Shown one piece after another: positions 35,673-45,841 of a DNA stretch of 64,000 nucleotides. The notes below the pieces were generated by a model that had not been told where the DNA came from, ran no database searches, and saw nothing but the letters and a program-made list of their open reading frames with translations. Source of the stretch: an uncultured Candidatus Saccharibacteria bacterium (GTDB taxonomy: Bacteria > Patescibacteriota > Minisyncoccia > Phycocordibacterales > DATGWK01); the NCBI GenBank assembly GCA_964428845.1, contig CAYRZH010000001.1, positions 138,990 to 202,989 of the forward strand, written 5' to 3'. Position numbers and translations under genes: made by a program. Positions within the stretch are counted from its first letter, which is position 1. Every line of letters starts with the position of its first letter.

Positions 35673-38141
35673 TTATTTCGGGACATATACCGAGTCGAAT
35701 CTGTTGATGAGGCCTCTGCTTTCCAATTCCTCCTCGAGTCGGTCTTGAATGTCTCGATCACGCCAGAACTTTTCTTTTTCCATATCGACTGACTTTGCTT
35801 TTGCACCGACGAGTCCATAAAGAAACTTAATGACGCCAGACGTGTTGTCATCCGAGAGCTTGCCAGCTGTGGTATAGAAGCGACCAAGAGCGGTGTTCAG
35901 GAAGTGGAGCTTATAAGCATTGGCTCGATAGCTCACATCGCCGTTTTTATTCTTATGCTCAGAAACCTCGAGCCAGTCACGCAGTCCTGGGACGGCATTC
36001 ACGAACGGATAAACACGGCTTCCTTCTTTGATCGGCTCACCAGTGAATAGGTTCTGGCCGGTGGCCGCTTCGATTGGATACTTCAAGATCGGTGAAAGTT
36101 CGCCGACCATGCTCGCCAGCGTTCGCCGTGGGCTTCCTTTATAGAGTCGGTTGATATCCTCGACCGGCAACCCCAGACCGTAGAGGTATTGCGAGAATCC
36201 GTTTTTCTCACCAAGTCGGACCGGCAATCCCTCTCGCATGTACGGAGGCAGATACTGGAATTCCTCTTTGGCTTTTTCTTTGTCGACTTGGAGGTTGTCT
36301 ACAAACTTACCGATGGCGGCGTATTTACCCGGTTGCTTCACCATTTGCTCTAGCTGAAGCGGAATGTTGCCACGAGTCCATCGGTAGAACGGCAACAGTC
36401 GCTTCATAATGTTTTGCTCGAACGGTGCGAGTGCCTCTGGTGCGTAGTCGAAGTGGAACTGGAACACCGACTTTGCGGCTTGCTCAGGTGCATCACCCTT
36501 GATCAAGCGATCGACGAAGAGAGGCAGACGCAATCGGTTCTCGGTGATCTCCATTGCGTTTTTTGGCAGATCCATGAGCTTGCCGACTGCACCTTTGCCC
36601 ACGTCTTTTTCGACTTCACGCATCACATCCAAGTAACCAGGCTGTCCTACTACTCCCAGTTTCTCGGCAAGTTCTTTTATTTGCTGGTAGGTGTATTTCG
36701 TCCCCAGTGTGGTTGTGATCGATCCTTTAGCACCCCGAGCGATTTGATCTCCTTGCAGATATCGTGCAGGATTTTTGACTCCAGCTATAAAGTTATTGAA
36801 AACTCCACCGATCGAGTTTCGAACGTGGAATGCTGGAAACCATCCGGTCACTGATCCTTTCCAGAATCCAAGAGCTTTGTCGTAGATTTTAAGAAAGCCC
36901 TTTGTCGCCTCATCGCTTGTCAGCACTTTATAGGTTTCCTCAACGTGCTTCACGATCTGTTCGGGCAAAAGTACGCCTTTGAGTTGAGGCACGGTGCTTT
37001 CGACATATCGCATTCCATTATCGAAGATCGGCTTGGCGGTTTCTTTTTTCACCATCTGTCCGCTTATCGGATGCTTGAATTCTTTGGTGATCATTTCTGC
37101 TTGCTTACCAAACTGCTTGCCGACGTCGGTTAGGAAGTCATAGGTATTCACGGCTTTGATGTGCTCGGCTTTGCGAGCACCGAACGCTTTGAATGCGTCT
37201 TGCTCAAAGAGCTTCACGCCGTGAGTCTTGCGGAAGTAATTATTGATATTTACGATCGTGTCATCGAGGTTTCTTTCTTTTGCGAACGGAGTGCTTACTC
37301 TCGTCTTTTGCAGAAGCTCTTGTGCAACGTCAGTATTCTTTACGAGAAACTCACGACCCTCCGGTGTCAGGTAGTGACGCAAATAATCCGGAAGTTCGGT
37401 ATCAAGGAGTCCTCGCTCTTTTTCCAAAGATGCAAAGCGTTTATGTTCTCCTTGGATGCGACCGATGATACTGTCGATGACGCTGTTTCTTTTGGCGGCG
37501 ACTTGCTCGACTCCATCGGCCGCCTTTGCAGGAATATCCGCCATTCCCTCGATCAATCGGCCGACTCTAGTACCAGCATCTTTTCCGAGTTCTTTTTTCG
37601 CGGTCTTACCCAGCTCAATCGCTTCATCGGCGGCTTTTCCGACTTCGGATCGGGTTGCTTTAGTAAATTGTGAAAACTTATCCACATAGTCCTCGCCGAT
37701 TCGTTCGGGCAGGTCTTTGATGCTTTTAAACGGTACGAATGCTTTACCAGCAAGGTCTTTTGCACTCTCGTACAATTTGCCGACTACCGGTGTTTTTTCT
37801 GCGATCCAATCGGCCGCCTTGAATGGTGCGGTGACCGCACTTCGAGGCAACACTTGAACACCAGCAACTTTGAGACCCCCTTTGGCCAGTAACTTTTCGC
37901 CTCCTGCCGCAAGTACCTTTTCAGCAAGGGTTTTTCGTGCGGCTGTTTCGCCGACTTCTAGGATTGATTTCTTAAGAAGTGACGTCCCGGTCTTACTTAA
38001 TATGACTGTACCGGCTTTAGTTGCGAGTTTCGCACCGGCCCCGTAGCCGAATGTGATGTAGGTTGTCGGATCAAGCAGGATATCTGCGATAAATCCACCG
38101 ACTTTGCTTTTGATACCAAGTGGGACGGTCTGCACACTCAA
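35673..38141 (-). CDS. large 822-aa hypothetical protein, likely phage/mobile-element structural or injected protein
   Basis: Ala/Lys/Gly-rich N-terminal ~200 aa followed by a large globular region. Heads the lysis cassette. No catalytic motif recognised. Confidence 0.4.
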   Translation of the reverse strand: MSVQTVPLGIKSKVGGFIADILLDPTTYITFGYGAGAKLATKAGTVILSKTGTSLLKKSILEVGETAARKTLAEKVLAAGGEKLLAKGGLKVAGVQVLPRSAVTAPFKAADWIAEKTPVVGKLYESAKDLAGKAFVPFKSIKDLPERIGEDYVDKFSQFTKATRSEVGKAADEAIELGKTAKKELGKDAGTRVGRLIEGMADIPAKAADGVEQVAAKRNSVIDSIIGRIQGEHKRFASLEKERGLLDTELPDYLRHYLTPEGREFLVKNTDVAQELLQKTRVSTPFAKERNLDDTIVNINNYFRKTHGVKLFEQDAFKAFGARKAEHIKAVNTYDFLTDVGKQFGKQAEMITKEFKHPISGQMVKKETAKPIFDNGMRYVESTVPQLKGVLLPEQIVKHVEETYKVLTSDEATKGFLKIYDKALGFWKGSVTGWFPAFHVRNSIGGVFNNFIAGVKNPARYLQGDQIARGAKGSITTTLGTKYTYQQIKELAEKLGVVGQPGYLDVMREVEKDVGKGAVGKLMDLPKNAMEITENRLRLPLFVDRLIKGDAPEQAAKSVFQFHFDYAPEALAPFEQNIMKRLLPFYRWTRGNIPLQLEQMVKQPGKYAAIGKFVDNLQVDKEKAKEEFQYLPPYMREGLPVRLGEKNGFSQYLYGLGLPVEDINRLYKGSPRRTLASMVGELSPILKYPIEAATGQNLFTGEPIKEGSRVYPFVNAVPGLRDWLEVSEHKNKNGDVSYRANAYKLHFLNTALGRFYTTAGKLSDDNTSGVIKFLYGLVGAKAKSVDMEKEKFWRDRDIQDRLEEELESRGLINRFDSVYVPK

Positions 38142-38270
38142 AAAATCACCGCTCTTGAAAAGCAGTGTACCCAGTTCACCGCCCTTTCCGGTGATCTCAT
38201 TAAGGCAGAAATTACAAACAGTCTCGATACTGACGCTCTTACTCAGAAGCTCAAAACTGCTTTCTCTGGC

Positions 38271-38948
38271 ATGAATATCAAAGAAGAGAAGATCGATAAA
38301 ATCTGCCAGTGCTTGATGAAAGCCAGTGATCCGCTGGCCGAGTGGAACGGCATTTTGTCAGAACTTGAAAAGCTTGCTCTGCACTCTACGGAGGGACCCG
38401 AAGAAATGCCGGATACCCCGATTCTCAATAAGTGCAGTTTTATCGATACAGAACGCACAAGAATTGCGACAAGCTTTGACTCTGCACGATGGATCGATCT
38501 ATCTGTCGCAGAGCTTGAATTTAACCCCAAATTTTCTTACTGCACCAATAAAACAAAAAAGGACTATATCGGGTTTTCGGATGCATCAGCTGGCCAACAG
38601 GCAACAGCTTTGCTTACCGTCCTGTTGAACCAGCCGGGTGCGCCACTCATCATCGATCAGCCAGAAGACGATATCGACAGCAAAATGTTCAAAGATATCG
38701 TACAGCAGGTTTGGAGGGCTAAGAGTAAACGCCAGCTTATTTTTGCGAGCCACAGTGCGAACTTTGTCGTTAATGGTGATGCCGAGCTGGTGGTCTGTTG
38801 CGATTACATAAAGGCTGGTGACCAAACCCGTGGATCAATCAAAGCTATGGGTGCGATCGATAAAAAGGAAATCAAAGAAGAAATTATCCTCGTCACTGAG
38901 GGTGGACGTGACGCATTCAAATTGCGTATGGATCAATACGGATTCTAA
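38271..38948 (+). pseudogene. truncated ABC/SMC-type ATPase: C-terminal half only (signature, Walker B, D- and H-loops), no Walker A
   Basis: FSDASAGQQATALL (signature-like), PLIIDQPEDDID (Walker B), IFASHS (H-loop). The frame is open back to a stop at 37998-38000 with no Walker A and no canonical start. It abuts the 3' end of the 822-aa gene. Confidence 0.5.
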
Positions 38949-38968
38949 ATTTTGTATAATTAAGCAAT

Positions 38969-39406
38969 ATGCTTTCACAAATTCAAAAAGTAATAAAATT
39001 TCCCATAATCCTAGCTACTCTAGGTGTTCTTACTTTTGGATTTGTGTGTACGGGCATGGCAAGCCACGTTTCAATGCACGACGCAGACATGAATTCTACT
39101 GAGATAATAATATCAGGTGCTAATCAACAAGAATGTTGTAATACTAGCTTTTCTAAAAACATTGATACATGGAAGAACATTGTCTTAACAATTCCCGACA
39201 AGACACGAGATGCATTGTCACTACTCTTACTCGGACTGGTACTTGTTTTGGGATATAGTTGGGTGTCGCTCTGGAACCGGCGTCCTCCTATTGAGCTCGA
39301 TACGGGGCGGTTACGCCTCTACATCAGGGAAAATCCCAATCTGATACTTTTCAATCACCTGAAGCTCGCTTTTGCGCGCGGTATTCTCAATCCAAAAATC
39401 TACTAG
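38969..39406 (+). CDS. hypothetical membrane protein (first gene of AT-rich island)
   Basis: TM N-terminus and Cys pair (QQECCNT). AT-rich. Confidence 0.3.
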   Translation: MLSQIQKVIKFPIILATLGVLTFGFVCTGMASHVSMHDADMNSTEIIISGANQQECCNTSFSKNIDTWKNIVLTIPDKTRDALSLLLLGLVLVLGYSWVSLWNRRPPIELDTGRLRLYIRENPNLILFNHLKLAFARGILNPKIY

Positions 39407-39416
39407 TGGGTTTTTA

Positions 39417-39462
39417 AACAGCGTTGATCCGTAGTAACGGATCGTCTTAACGCTGTTTTATA
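39417..39462 (+). terminator. nested hairpin terminator (aaacagcgtt[gatccgt-agta-acggatc]...aacgctgttt + T-run)
   Basis: Outer 9-bp and inner 7-bp perfect stems followed by ttttatatt. Confidence 0.5.
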
Positions 39463-39500
39463 TTATTCGCTTAATTACTTAAATCTAATCACAATTAATT

Positions 39501-40253
39501 ATGGAACACGAAACAAAAGCACCAGAAACATCGCCGACACAACAAAATAACTTATCAATTCCCGTAGCGATCGTAATTGCCGGAGTACTTATTGCTGGAG
39601 CATTGTATCTCGGCACATCGAAAGGTGCATCCACGACCACAGTAAATAATCAGCAACCGCAACAAGTGGCACAGCCAACTGGTGATCTTGAAGCCATGAA
39701 AGCTGTCGCAAGCGGTGATCATGTTCGAGGCAACCCAGATGCACCGGTTAAAATCGTAGAATACTCGGACCCGGAATGTCCGTTCTGCAAACGATTTCAT
39801 GACACAATGAAGCAGGTCATGGATGAGTATGGTAAGGACGGTAAGGTCACTTGGGTCTATCGCAATTTTCCACTCGATCAACTTCATCCAAAAGCTCGCA
39901 ATGAGGCCACAGCCATTGAATGCGCTGGTGACCTCGGTGGCAACGATAAATTCTGGGCATACGCTGATCGCCTCTACGAGATCACTCCATCTAACAACAA
40001 TCTTGATCCGGCAGAGCTTCCAAAAATTGCTCAGTATGTCGGTCTTGATGTAGGTAAATTCAACACATGCCTTACGAGTGGTAAATTCACGAAGCACATC
40101 GAGGATGATGTTCAAAATGCAACTGCAACTGGCGGTAATGGCACACCATGGAGCATTGTAGTCGACAAAAATGGTAAGAAATATCCTCTTTCCGGTGCCC
40201 AGCCGTATGCTTCGGTAAAACAACTTATTGATCTTGCATTGCAAGGCAAATAA
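39501..40253 (+). CDS. DsbA-like thiol:disulfide oxidoreductase (thioredoxin fold, CPFC active site), membrane-anchored
   Basis: N-terminal TM. YSDPECPFCKRFH active site. DsbA-like helical insertion. Confidence 0.75.
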   Translation: MEHETKAPETSPTQQNNLSIPVAIVIAGVLIAGALYLGTSKGASTTTVNNQQPQQVAQPTGDLEAMKAVASGDHVRGNPDAPVKIVEYSDPECPFCKRFHDTMKQVMDEYGKDGKVTWVYRNFPLDQLHPKARNEATAIECAGDLGGNDKFWAYADRLYEITPSNNNLDPAELPKIAQYVGLDVGKFNTCLTSGKFTKHIEDDVQNATATGGNGTPWSIVVDKNGKKYPLSGAQPYASVKQLIDLALQGK

Positions 40254-40255
40254 AC

Positions 40256-40804
40256 ATGTTATTTCAAGCTCTGCAAAAAATATTCCGAAGGCCAATGTAT
40301 ATGCTCCTCGCTCTCATCACGAGCTCGGCAGTATTTGCATTCGCCGTATGGCTTCCAAACATTCCATTGATTGTGAAAGTTATGGGACACCCGGGAATAT
40401 CGCTTACGCAGAAGTTTGATCTACCAATCAGTCTCCTGGGCTCAATTGTTACTAACTTCACCTTGCTGTCCGCTTCGTATACCATCGCCATAGCCATTCT
40501 TTTTGGAATGAACGTGTCGATGATCGTGTACTTCTTGCGACGAAGAATCGACGATGTAAAGCAGACGGGAATGACAACAGGACTATTCGGAATTACGAGT
40601 GGAGTCATTGGTATGGGATGCGCCGCATGCGGATCGTTTCTCCTGACCAGCATACTTTCGCTTGTTGGAGCATCGGGAATATTGGCATTCTTGCCTCTGA
40701 ATGGCGGTGAATTCGGTATCCTCGGCGTAGTCCTACTAGGGACGTCGCTCTACATGACGGCAAAGAAAATCCAAAATCCTGCAGTCTGTAAAATTAACCC
40801 TTAA
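40256..40804 (+). CDS. polytopic membrane protein with intramembrane CxxC (GCAACGS); candidate DsbB/VKOR-like partner
   Basis: About 5 TM helices and one CxxC pair. Position right after the DsbA-like gene. Confidence 0.35.
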   Translation: MLFQALQKIFRRPMYMLLALITSSAVFAFAVWLPNIPLIVKVMGHPGISLTQKFDLPISLLGSIVTNFTLLSASYTIAIAILFGMNVSMIVYFLRRRIDDVKQTGMTTGLFGITSGVIGMGCAACGSFLLTSILSLVGASGILAFLPLNGGEFGILGVVLLGTSLYMTAKKIQNPAVCKINP

Positions 40805-40809
40805 TAACC

Positions 40810-41388
40810 ATGAATAATAAAAATGTACAAATATCAATTGCCCTCGCCCTGCTTCTCGTAGGCGGTGCATGGTATCTTGCATCCTCGAAAGAGGACGGGG
40901 CTTCTCCGTTTGTAGCAAACACTGCTCTTGCGGCTAAATTCGACATGCTAAGTAAAAATGGAAATTCTTCGTGCTCGGGTGCGTTCAAAGACTCCATCAA
41001 TAGCATGCCGGAGACTGGCCGGATTCAAGGCTCGTGTTGCAGTCCAATGGATATGCATCGCTACGAAGAGCAAGTTACCGGACTTGAGAAGTATAAAGAC
41101 ATTACAGAGATTCCCTCAGACCCATATGACATCGATGCCAGCTTGGCCAAAAAGCTCAAAGCGTATTACGACGTAGAACTCACACCGGAACAGCAAAAAG
41201 CATACGACTATGCAATGGCAAACTCGATGGAAAAAGGCCCTTGCTGTTGTAAGTGCTGGCGATGGTATGTCTATGGAGGTCTAGGAAAATTACTAATCCA
41301 AAAATATAACTTCACTGGCGAGCAAGTCACTGAAATCTGGAATCTGTCTGATGGATGTGGCGGAGCCGGTGATCATGTAACTCACTAA
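40810..41388 (+). CDS. secreted Cys-rich protein (CSGAF...SCCSP...GPCCCKCWRW...DGCGGAGDH)
   Basis: Signal peptide and about 10 cysteines in CC/CxC clusters. Confidence 0.3.
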   Translation: MNNKNVQISIALALLLVGGAWYLASSKEDGASPFVANTALAAKFDMLSKNGNSSCSGAFKDSINSMPETGRIQGSCCSPMDMHRYEEQVTGLEKYKDITEIPSDPYDIDASLAKKLKAYYDVELTPEQQKAYDYAMANSMEKGPCCCKCWRWYVYGGLGKLLIQKYNFTGEQVTEIWNLSDGCGGAGDHVTH

Positions 41389-41393
41389 ACACT

Positions 41394-41936
41394 ATGGACA
41401 ATAATCAACCACTTGAACAATTAAGTAAGAAAGAACGTAAAGAACTCAAACGACAGGAAAAAATGGAGGCTAAAATTGCGGTCGTTCAAACACGTCGCAC
41501 AAAGAAAATCATCCGATGGATTGGGTGGAGTGCATTCAGCGTTGCGACTATTGCAGGTCTTGTTTGGTTGGTCGCCTCAAGACCTCCAATTCCAGAATCT
41601 GATATCGTTTCCCGAAGTGCCTTTCATTGGCATCCGGAAGTTGCAATCTATGTAAAAGGCGAGAAACAAGAGATTCCAGCCAATATCGGTATCGGTTCGG
41701 TTCACCAACCTATTCACACTCATACAGATGATAATAAACAAGGAGTCGTCCATCTAGAATTTCAAGGGCTTGCCAGAAAGCAAGATGTCTCACTCGGTCA
41801 GTTTTTCAAAAACTGGGGTAAGGACATGCGCTCATTCGGCGCGAACATGAAGATGACCGTAAACGGGGAGGAAAATACCGAGTACGAGAATTACGTCATG
41901 CGTGATAAAGACAAAATTGAGATTCGGTTCGACTAG
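41394..41936 (+). CDS. membrane-anchored His-rich protein (HWHPE...HQPIHTHTDD)
   Basis: N-terminal TM and His clusters suggestive of metal binding. Confidence 0.3.
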   Translation: MDNNQPLEQLSKKERKELKRQEKMEAKIAVVQTRRTKKIIRWIGWSAFSVATIAGLVWLVASRPPIPESDIVSRSAFHWHPEVAIYVKGEKQEIPANIGIGSVHQPIHTHTDDNKQGVVHLEFQGLARKQDVSLGQFFKNWGKDMRSFGANMKMTVNGEENTEYENYVMRDKDKIEIRFD

Positions 41937-41987
41937 GTTATACACAGTTTACCACCTTGACCAATAGGGTATGGGGGTATATACTAA

Positions 41988-42404
41988 TTGGGTAACCTTA
42001 TGAAATATCTTGCAACATTAATGCTAATAACAAGCTTTGCCGGAATAGGCGTTTTTGGCTTTACGCTTGTTGACCATGCCATGATGGATGGTTCAAATAG
42101 TGATTGTGTTGCTTCGGCCATAGATGGAACAGAGTGCCCTACGAACATTATGGCTATGACTTCGCACCATGTTTCCGCCATGCAAACGCTTACGACAACA
42201 TTACCGGCAAATTCCAATTGGCTTTTATTACTTGCATCTCTGCTTCTTGTTTCGGTTTCAGTATTCCTATTCTTCAAAGACTTACTACTTCCAAAACTGG
42301 AGTCTTTACCCCAGCGTCTACGGGACCTAACACTTCACTCTCTTTATAGCAAACAAAAAATCATCTCTTGGCTTTCTCTATTTGAGCTTAGCCCTTCCCT
42401 GTAG
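41988..42404 (+). CDS. small membrane protein
   Basis: Two hydrophobic helices. Confidence 0.25.
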   Translation: MGNLMKYLATLMLITSFAGIGVFGFTLVDHAMMDGSNSDCVASAIDGTECPTNIMAMTSHHVSAMQTLTTTLPANSNWLLLLASLLLVSVSVFLFFKDLLLPKLESLPQRLRDLTLHSLYSKQKIISWLSLFELSPSL

Positions 42405-42514
42405 TAACAGCACGCATTAAGCGCAAGCTTTTTTCGTGCTGTTTTTAATATCCTTTTTCGAGGATATTTTTGTTATTTACTAACCTAAATTAATAACTGC
42501 ATGAAAAAAATTAT

Positions 42515-43381
42515 ATGGAAACACTCATAGGAACATCACTGATTGCAGCGTTCGTGGCGGGAGTCGCCGCACTCTTTGCCCCATGTTGTATCACAGTCCT
42601 ACTCCCATCATATTTGGGCAATATCTTCAAAGAGAAGTACAAAATCTTCTTTATGACTTTTGTCTTTTTCTTGGGAGTTTTGACGGTCTTTCTGCCGATC
42701 GGATTGGGAGCTTCATATCTCGCTCAACTATTCAGCGAATATCACAATATAATCTTTACTGTTGGCGGTATCTTCTTGGTTGTGCTGGGGCTAACAATGC
42801 TCCTTGGAAAGAAGTTCGCTACTCCGACATCTGTTCGTGACGGAATGAAGCGGCATGTCTCATCGATCTACGTTCTCGGTATTTTCTCGGCGATTGCCAC
42901 CACATGCTGTGCGCCGGTGCTGGCAGGAGTACTGACGCTTGGGGTTGCAAGCGGCACGATTGTGTGGGGCGCGCTGTATACCCTCGCCTACGTAGTCGGC
43001 ATGACGTTGCCACTGTTCATCATTGCGGCATTCCTCGACAAGGCAAATTTGACCGAACGATTCACTAACGCAAAGAAAACGGTAGCGATGAGGATCGGCG
43101 GTTTCAGTTGGCGTATTACCGTTTCAGAACTGATCTCCGGACTGATATTCCTCTTGATGGGTAGCTATATAACCTACCTGGCCTTCAGCAATAAATTATT
43201 CACCCATTCAAGCTATCAGTTGGAAATGAACCTATGGAACGCCAAATTCTTAGGTGCCATTAATGGCTTCGTGACCTTAGTACCCGAATACATCTGGGCG
43301 CTTCTGTTCATCGGCATAGTGGCGAGCATCTCGTACGTATTTATCAAGCAATATAAAAAACAAAAATATGAGCAAAAATAA
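42515..43381 (+). CDS. CcdA/DsbD-like transmembrane disulfide reductant transporter
   Basis: About 6-8 TM helices. Cys pairs in the first TM region (FAPCCITV) and a later region (TTCCAPV), as in the cytochrome c biogenesis CcdA/DsbD_2 family. Confidence 0.5.
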   Translation: METLIGTSLIAAFVAGVAALFAPCCITVLLPSYLGNIFKEKYKIFFMTFVFFLGVLTVFLPIGLGASYLAQLFSEYHNIIFTVGGIFLVVLGLTMLLGKKFATPTSVRDGMKRHVSSIYVLGIFSAIATTCCAPVLAGVLTLGVASGTIVWGALYTLAYVVGMTLPLFIIAAFLDKANLTERFTNAKKTVAMRIGGFSWRITVSELISGLIFLLMGSYITYLAFSNKLFTHSSYQLEMNLWNAKFLGAINGFVTLVPEYIWALLFIGIVASISYVFIKQYKKQKYEQK

Positions 43382-44033
43382 TAATGACAAGAAAATGCCA
43401 GTAGTTACGATCGTTGTTGTTTCTGTCGCTGTGTTAGCTCTAGGGTATTTCCTATTCAAGAGTTCACCGGATAATTCACAAGCAAAACAAAATGTGGCTA
43501 ATAACACAAATGCGAACATGGATAGTATGCATGGTGGAGGATCGGCTGCGAATAGCGATGCCTTGAATTCTCTTATCGGGAAACCTATGCCCGACATTCA
43601 GTTAAGTGATAAAGATGGAAAAACATATACTGCCGCTGACTTCAAAGGAAAGAACACAGTCTTGTTCTTTAACGAAGGTCTTATGTGCTACCCGGCTTGT
43701 TGGAATCAGATGGCTTCATTCGGCAGTGACGAGAGGTTCAACGGTGATCAGATTCAAGCCATATCAGTTGTAGTCGATTCTGCAAAGGACTGGCAAACAG
43801 CGATAGCCAAAATGCCACAACTCGCCAAAGCTACTACCATGTTTGATGCAAATGCTAATGCCTCTAGGCAGTTGGGCATATTAACAACTGCTTCCTCAAT
43901 GCACAGAGGATCCCTGCCTGGCCACACTTACATAGTTATCGATAAAGAAGGAGTTGTCAGGTATGTGTTCGATGATCCGAATATGGCAATAGCAAACGAT
44001 ATGCTTTTTGCCAAAATCGGAGAATTAAATTAA
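43368..44033 (+). CDS. TlpA/ResA-like membrane-anchored thiol-disulfide oxidoreductase (CYPAC)
   Basis: N-terminal TM. Thioredoxin-like FFNEGLMCYPACWNQ. Start overlaps the upstream stop. Confidence 0.6.
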   Translation: MSKNNNDKKMPVVTIVVVSVAVLALGYFLFKSSPDNSQAKQNVANNTNANMDSMHGGGSAANSDALNSLIGKPMPDIQLSDKDGKTYTAADFKGKNTVLFFNEGLMCYPACWNQMASFGSDERFNGDQIQAISVVVDSAKDWQTAIAKMPQLAKATTMFDANANASRQLGILTTASSMHRGSLPGHTYIVIDKEGVVRYVFDDPNMAIANDMLFAKIGELN

Positions 44034-44045
44034 CAAACCAAAAAT

Positions 44046-44552
44046 ATGGACAAAAAACCAACAATGGAAGAGCTAATTGAAAAAGTTAATAAGCTCAAAG
44101 CTACGGGTGAACTCGATCTTTCAATGGAGGAGGATTTGAGCATAGCCATCATGAATCTCATTAGTCTTGAGGAGCATTTCTTCTTCACTGCCCAAAAAAC
44201 AGGAAAAGACGAATACTTTGATTTGCTCAATCAAACGAGAGAAATTAGAAAACAACTCTTGGCTAAAATGATTAATACACATGAGGGTGAGACATGGTGT
44301 ATTGCAAAGCATCTGCTTGCGACAACAATGCGGTTAATGGAAGTCGGCACTAAGCTTCAATCGTCCGGGAAAAAAGAAGAGTCGAGAGAGATATTCAAAA
44401 AAGCGTATGAAGTTTACTCACTTTTTTGGGCTTTGCGATTGAATCTTATCAGTGTGGCCGAAATGAAAAAAGCCGGAGACAAATCTGACCCTGACAAGCC
44501 GATGACAAAGGAAGATTTACTAAGCAAATTAGTCGATTGCTGTAAGGAATAA
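44046..44552 (+). CDS. hypothetical soluble protein
   Basis: ORF only. Confidence 0.25.
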   Translation: MDKKPTMEELIEKVNKLKATGELDLSMEEDLSIAIMNLISLEEHFFFTAQKTGKDEYFDLLNQTREIRKQLLAKMINTHEGETWCIAKHLLATTMRLMEVGTKLQSSGKKEESREIFKKAYEVYSLFWALRLNLISVAEMKKAGDKSDPDKPMTKEDLLSKLVDCCKE

Positions 44553-44569
44553 TCAATTAAAAAATAAAC

Positions 44570-45469
44570 ATGGAAAACGAAAAGGAACACGAAATACAAG
44601 AGGAACTAGTTCAAGAAGACCCAAAAAAGTTTAGTGATAAATATATGCTCCCAATAGCCGTTGTCATCGCGGGAGTCATGGTCGCAGGAGCCATGATCTA
44701 TAACTCTGGAAATCAATCACTACAGGCACAGGCGACGAAAAATTCAAATTCCCAAAATGCTCAAGTAGGGATAGTCGACGGTGGGCGCATACTACCTTTG
44801 GAGACAGAGGAAAAGATGCTTGCCACGCTAACTGCCAACGGTTCTATTGATCCTGCAAAATTGTCTCAAGTAACAGAACTTAACTTGCTCTGGGCATTTG
44901 GCTTAGCGAACAAGAATCAAGTTTTAGAGAGCGGACCTATTATGGACCCAAGATATGGCGGCCCTACAAATATGGCATCGGTTGGAGGCTGGACGGTAAC
45001 AACCGGATCGGTAATGGATCATTACAACAAACATACTCTGGCCACTCTCACGGGAGATCAGCAGGCACTTGTGGAGAAAATTGCAAAAGGAATTTACAGA
45101 CCGTGTTGCAACAATTCAACATATTTCCCGGACTGCAATCATGGCATGGCCATGCTCGGACTTCTTGAATATCTAGCGTCACAAGGAGCAACGGAAGACC
45201 AAATATGGAATGCGGCGATAACGGCCAATATGAGTTGGTTCCCGGATCAATACCAGACAATCTCACAGTATCTAAAAATAAAAGGTATCGATGCAAAAAT
45301 CATAACTCCGCAAATGCTTCTTGGTGCAGAGTACTCAAGTGGTTCGGGGTTTGCAAAGATCGCCGCTCAAGTTCCCCAGTCAGGGCAACAGAAGGGTGGA
45401 AGCGGTTGCGGAGTCGGGACCGGAGAGACGGTTGCGCCACAGCGACAGCAGGGCGGATGTGGAATCTAG
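44570..45469 (+). CDS. membrane-anchored Cys-containing hypothetical protein (RPCCNNSTYFPDCNHG)
   Basis: N-terminal TM and Cys cluster. Gln/Gly-rich C-terminus. Confidence 0.3.
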   Translation: MENEKEHEIQEELVQEDPKKFSDKYMLPIAVVIAGVMVAGAMIYNSGNQSLQAQATKNSNSQNAQVGIVDGGRILPLETEEKMLATLTANGSIDPAKLSQVTELNLLWAFGLANKNQVLESGPIMDPRYGGPTNMASVGGWTVTTGSVMDHYNKHTLATLTGDQQALVEKIAKGIYRPCCNNSTYFPDCNHGMAMLGLLEYLASQGATEDQIWNAAITANMSWFPDQYQTISQYLKIKGIDAKIITPQMLLGAEYSSGSGFAKIAAQVPQSGQQKGGSGCGVGTGETVAPQRQQGGCGI

Positions 45470-45566
45470 TTATACACAGCACTAGTTGACATATAGGGTA
45501 TAGGGGTATAGAGTATAGGTAAAGGTCGATAATAATCAATCTAAATTACCCTATAAACCCTAAATC

Positions 45567-45839
45567 ATGTTAGATCAAAAGTTAAAAAAGAAAGCTACCC
45601 ACCGAGCCAAAATCATTCGCGGCCAGATGGACGGCTTAATAAAAGCAATCGAAGATGAGAAGTATTGTGTTGATTTGATAACGCAGTCTCGATCAATCCA
45701 GCTCTCACTCAAAAGTATGGACAGAGTGCTTCTTGCCAATCACCTTCGAGGCCATGTCAAACACATGCTTAACGATACGAAGCAGGAAAACAAAGCCATC
45801 AAAGAACTCGTTGACCTGTACGCATTGTCAAATAAATAA
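45567..45839 (+). CDS. CsoR/RcnR-family metal-sensing transcriptional repressor (single-Cys variant)
   Basis: 90-aa DUF156-like helix bundle: ...EKYCVDLITQSRSIQLSL...ANHLRGHVKH. Confidence 0.6.
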   Translation: MLDQKLKKKATHRAKIIRGQMDGLIKAIEDEKYCVDLITQSRSIQLSLKSMDRVLLANHLRGHVKHMLNDTKQENKAIKELVDLYALSNK

Positions 45840-45841
45840 CC

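Larger units (their letters stand above)
34651..38141 (-). mobile_element. prophage-like lysis cassette remnant (holin-like / amidase / holin-like + large structural-like gene)
   Basis: Gene order and the Amidase_2 endolysin signature. No capsid or terminase genes in the window, so a remnant or satellite. Confidence 0.4.

Noticed and set aside
35657-37765. Plus-strand ORFs within the 822-aa gene (36414-36854, 37161-37673, etc.)
   Set aside because: They are antisense to a long continuous ORF and have Cys/Leu-rich composition typical of antisense GC-rich sequence.
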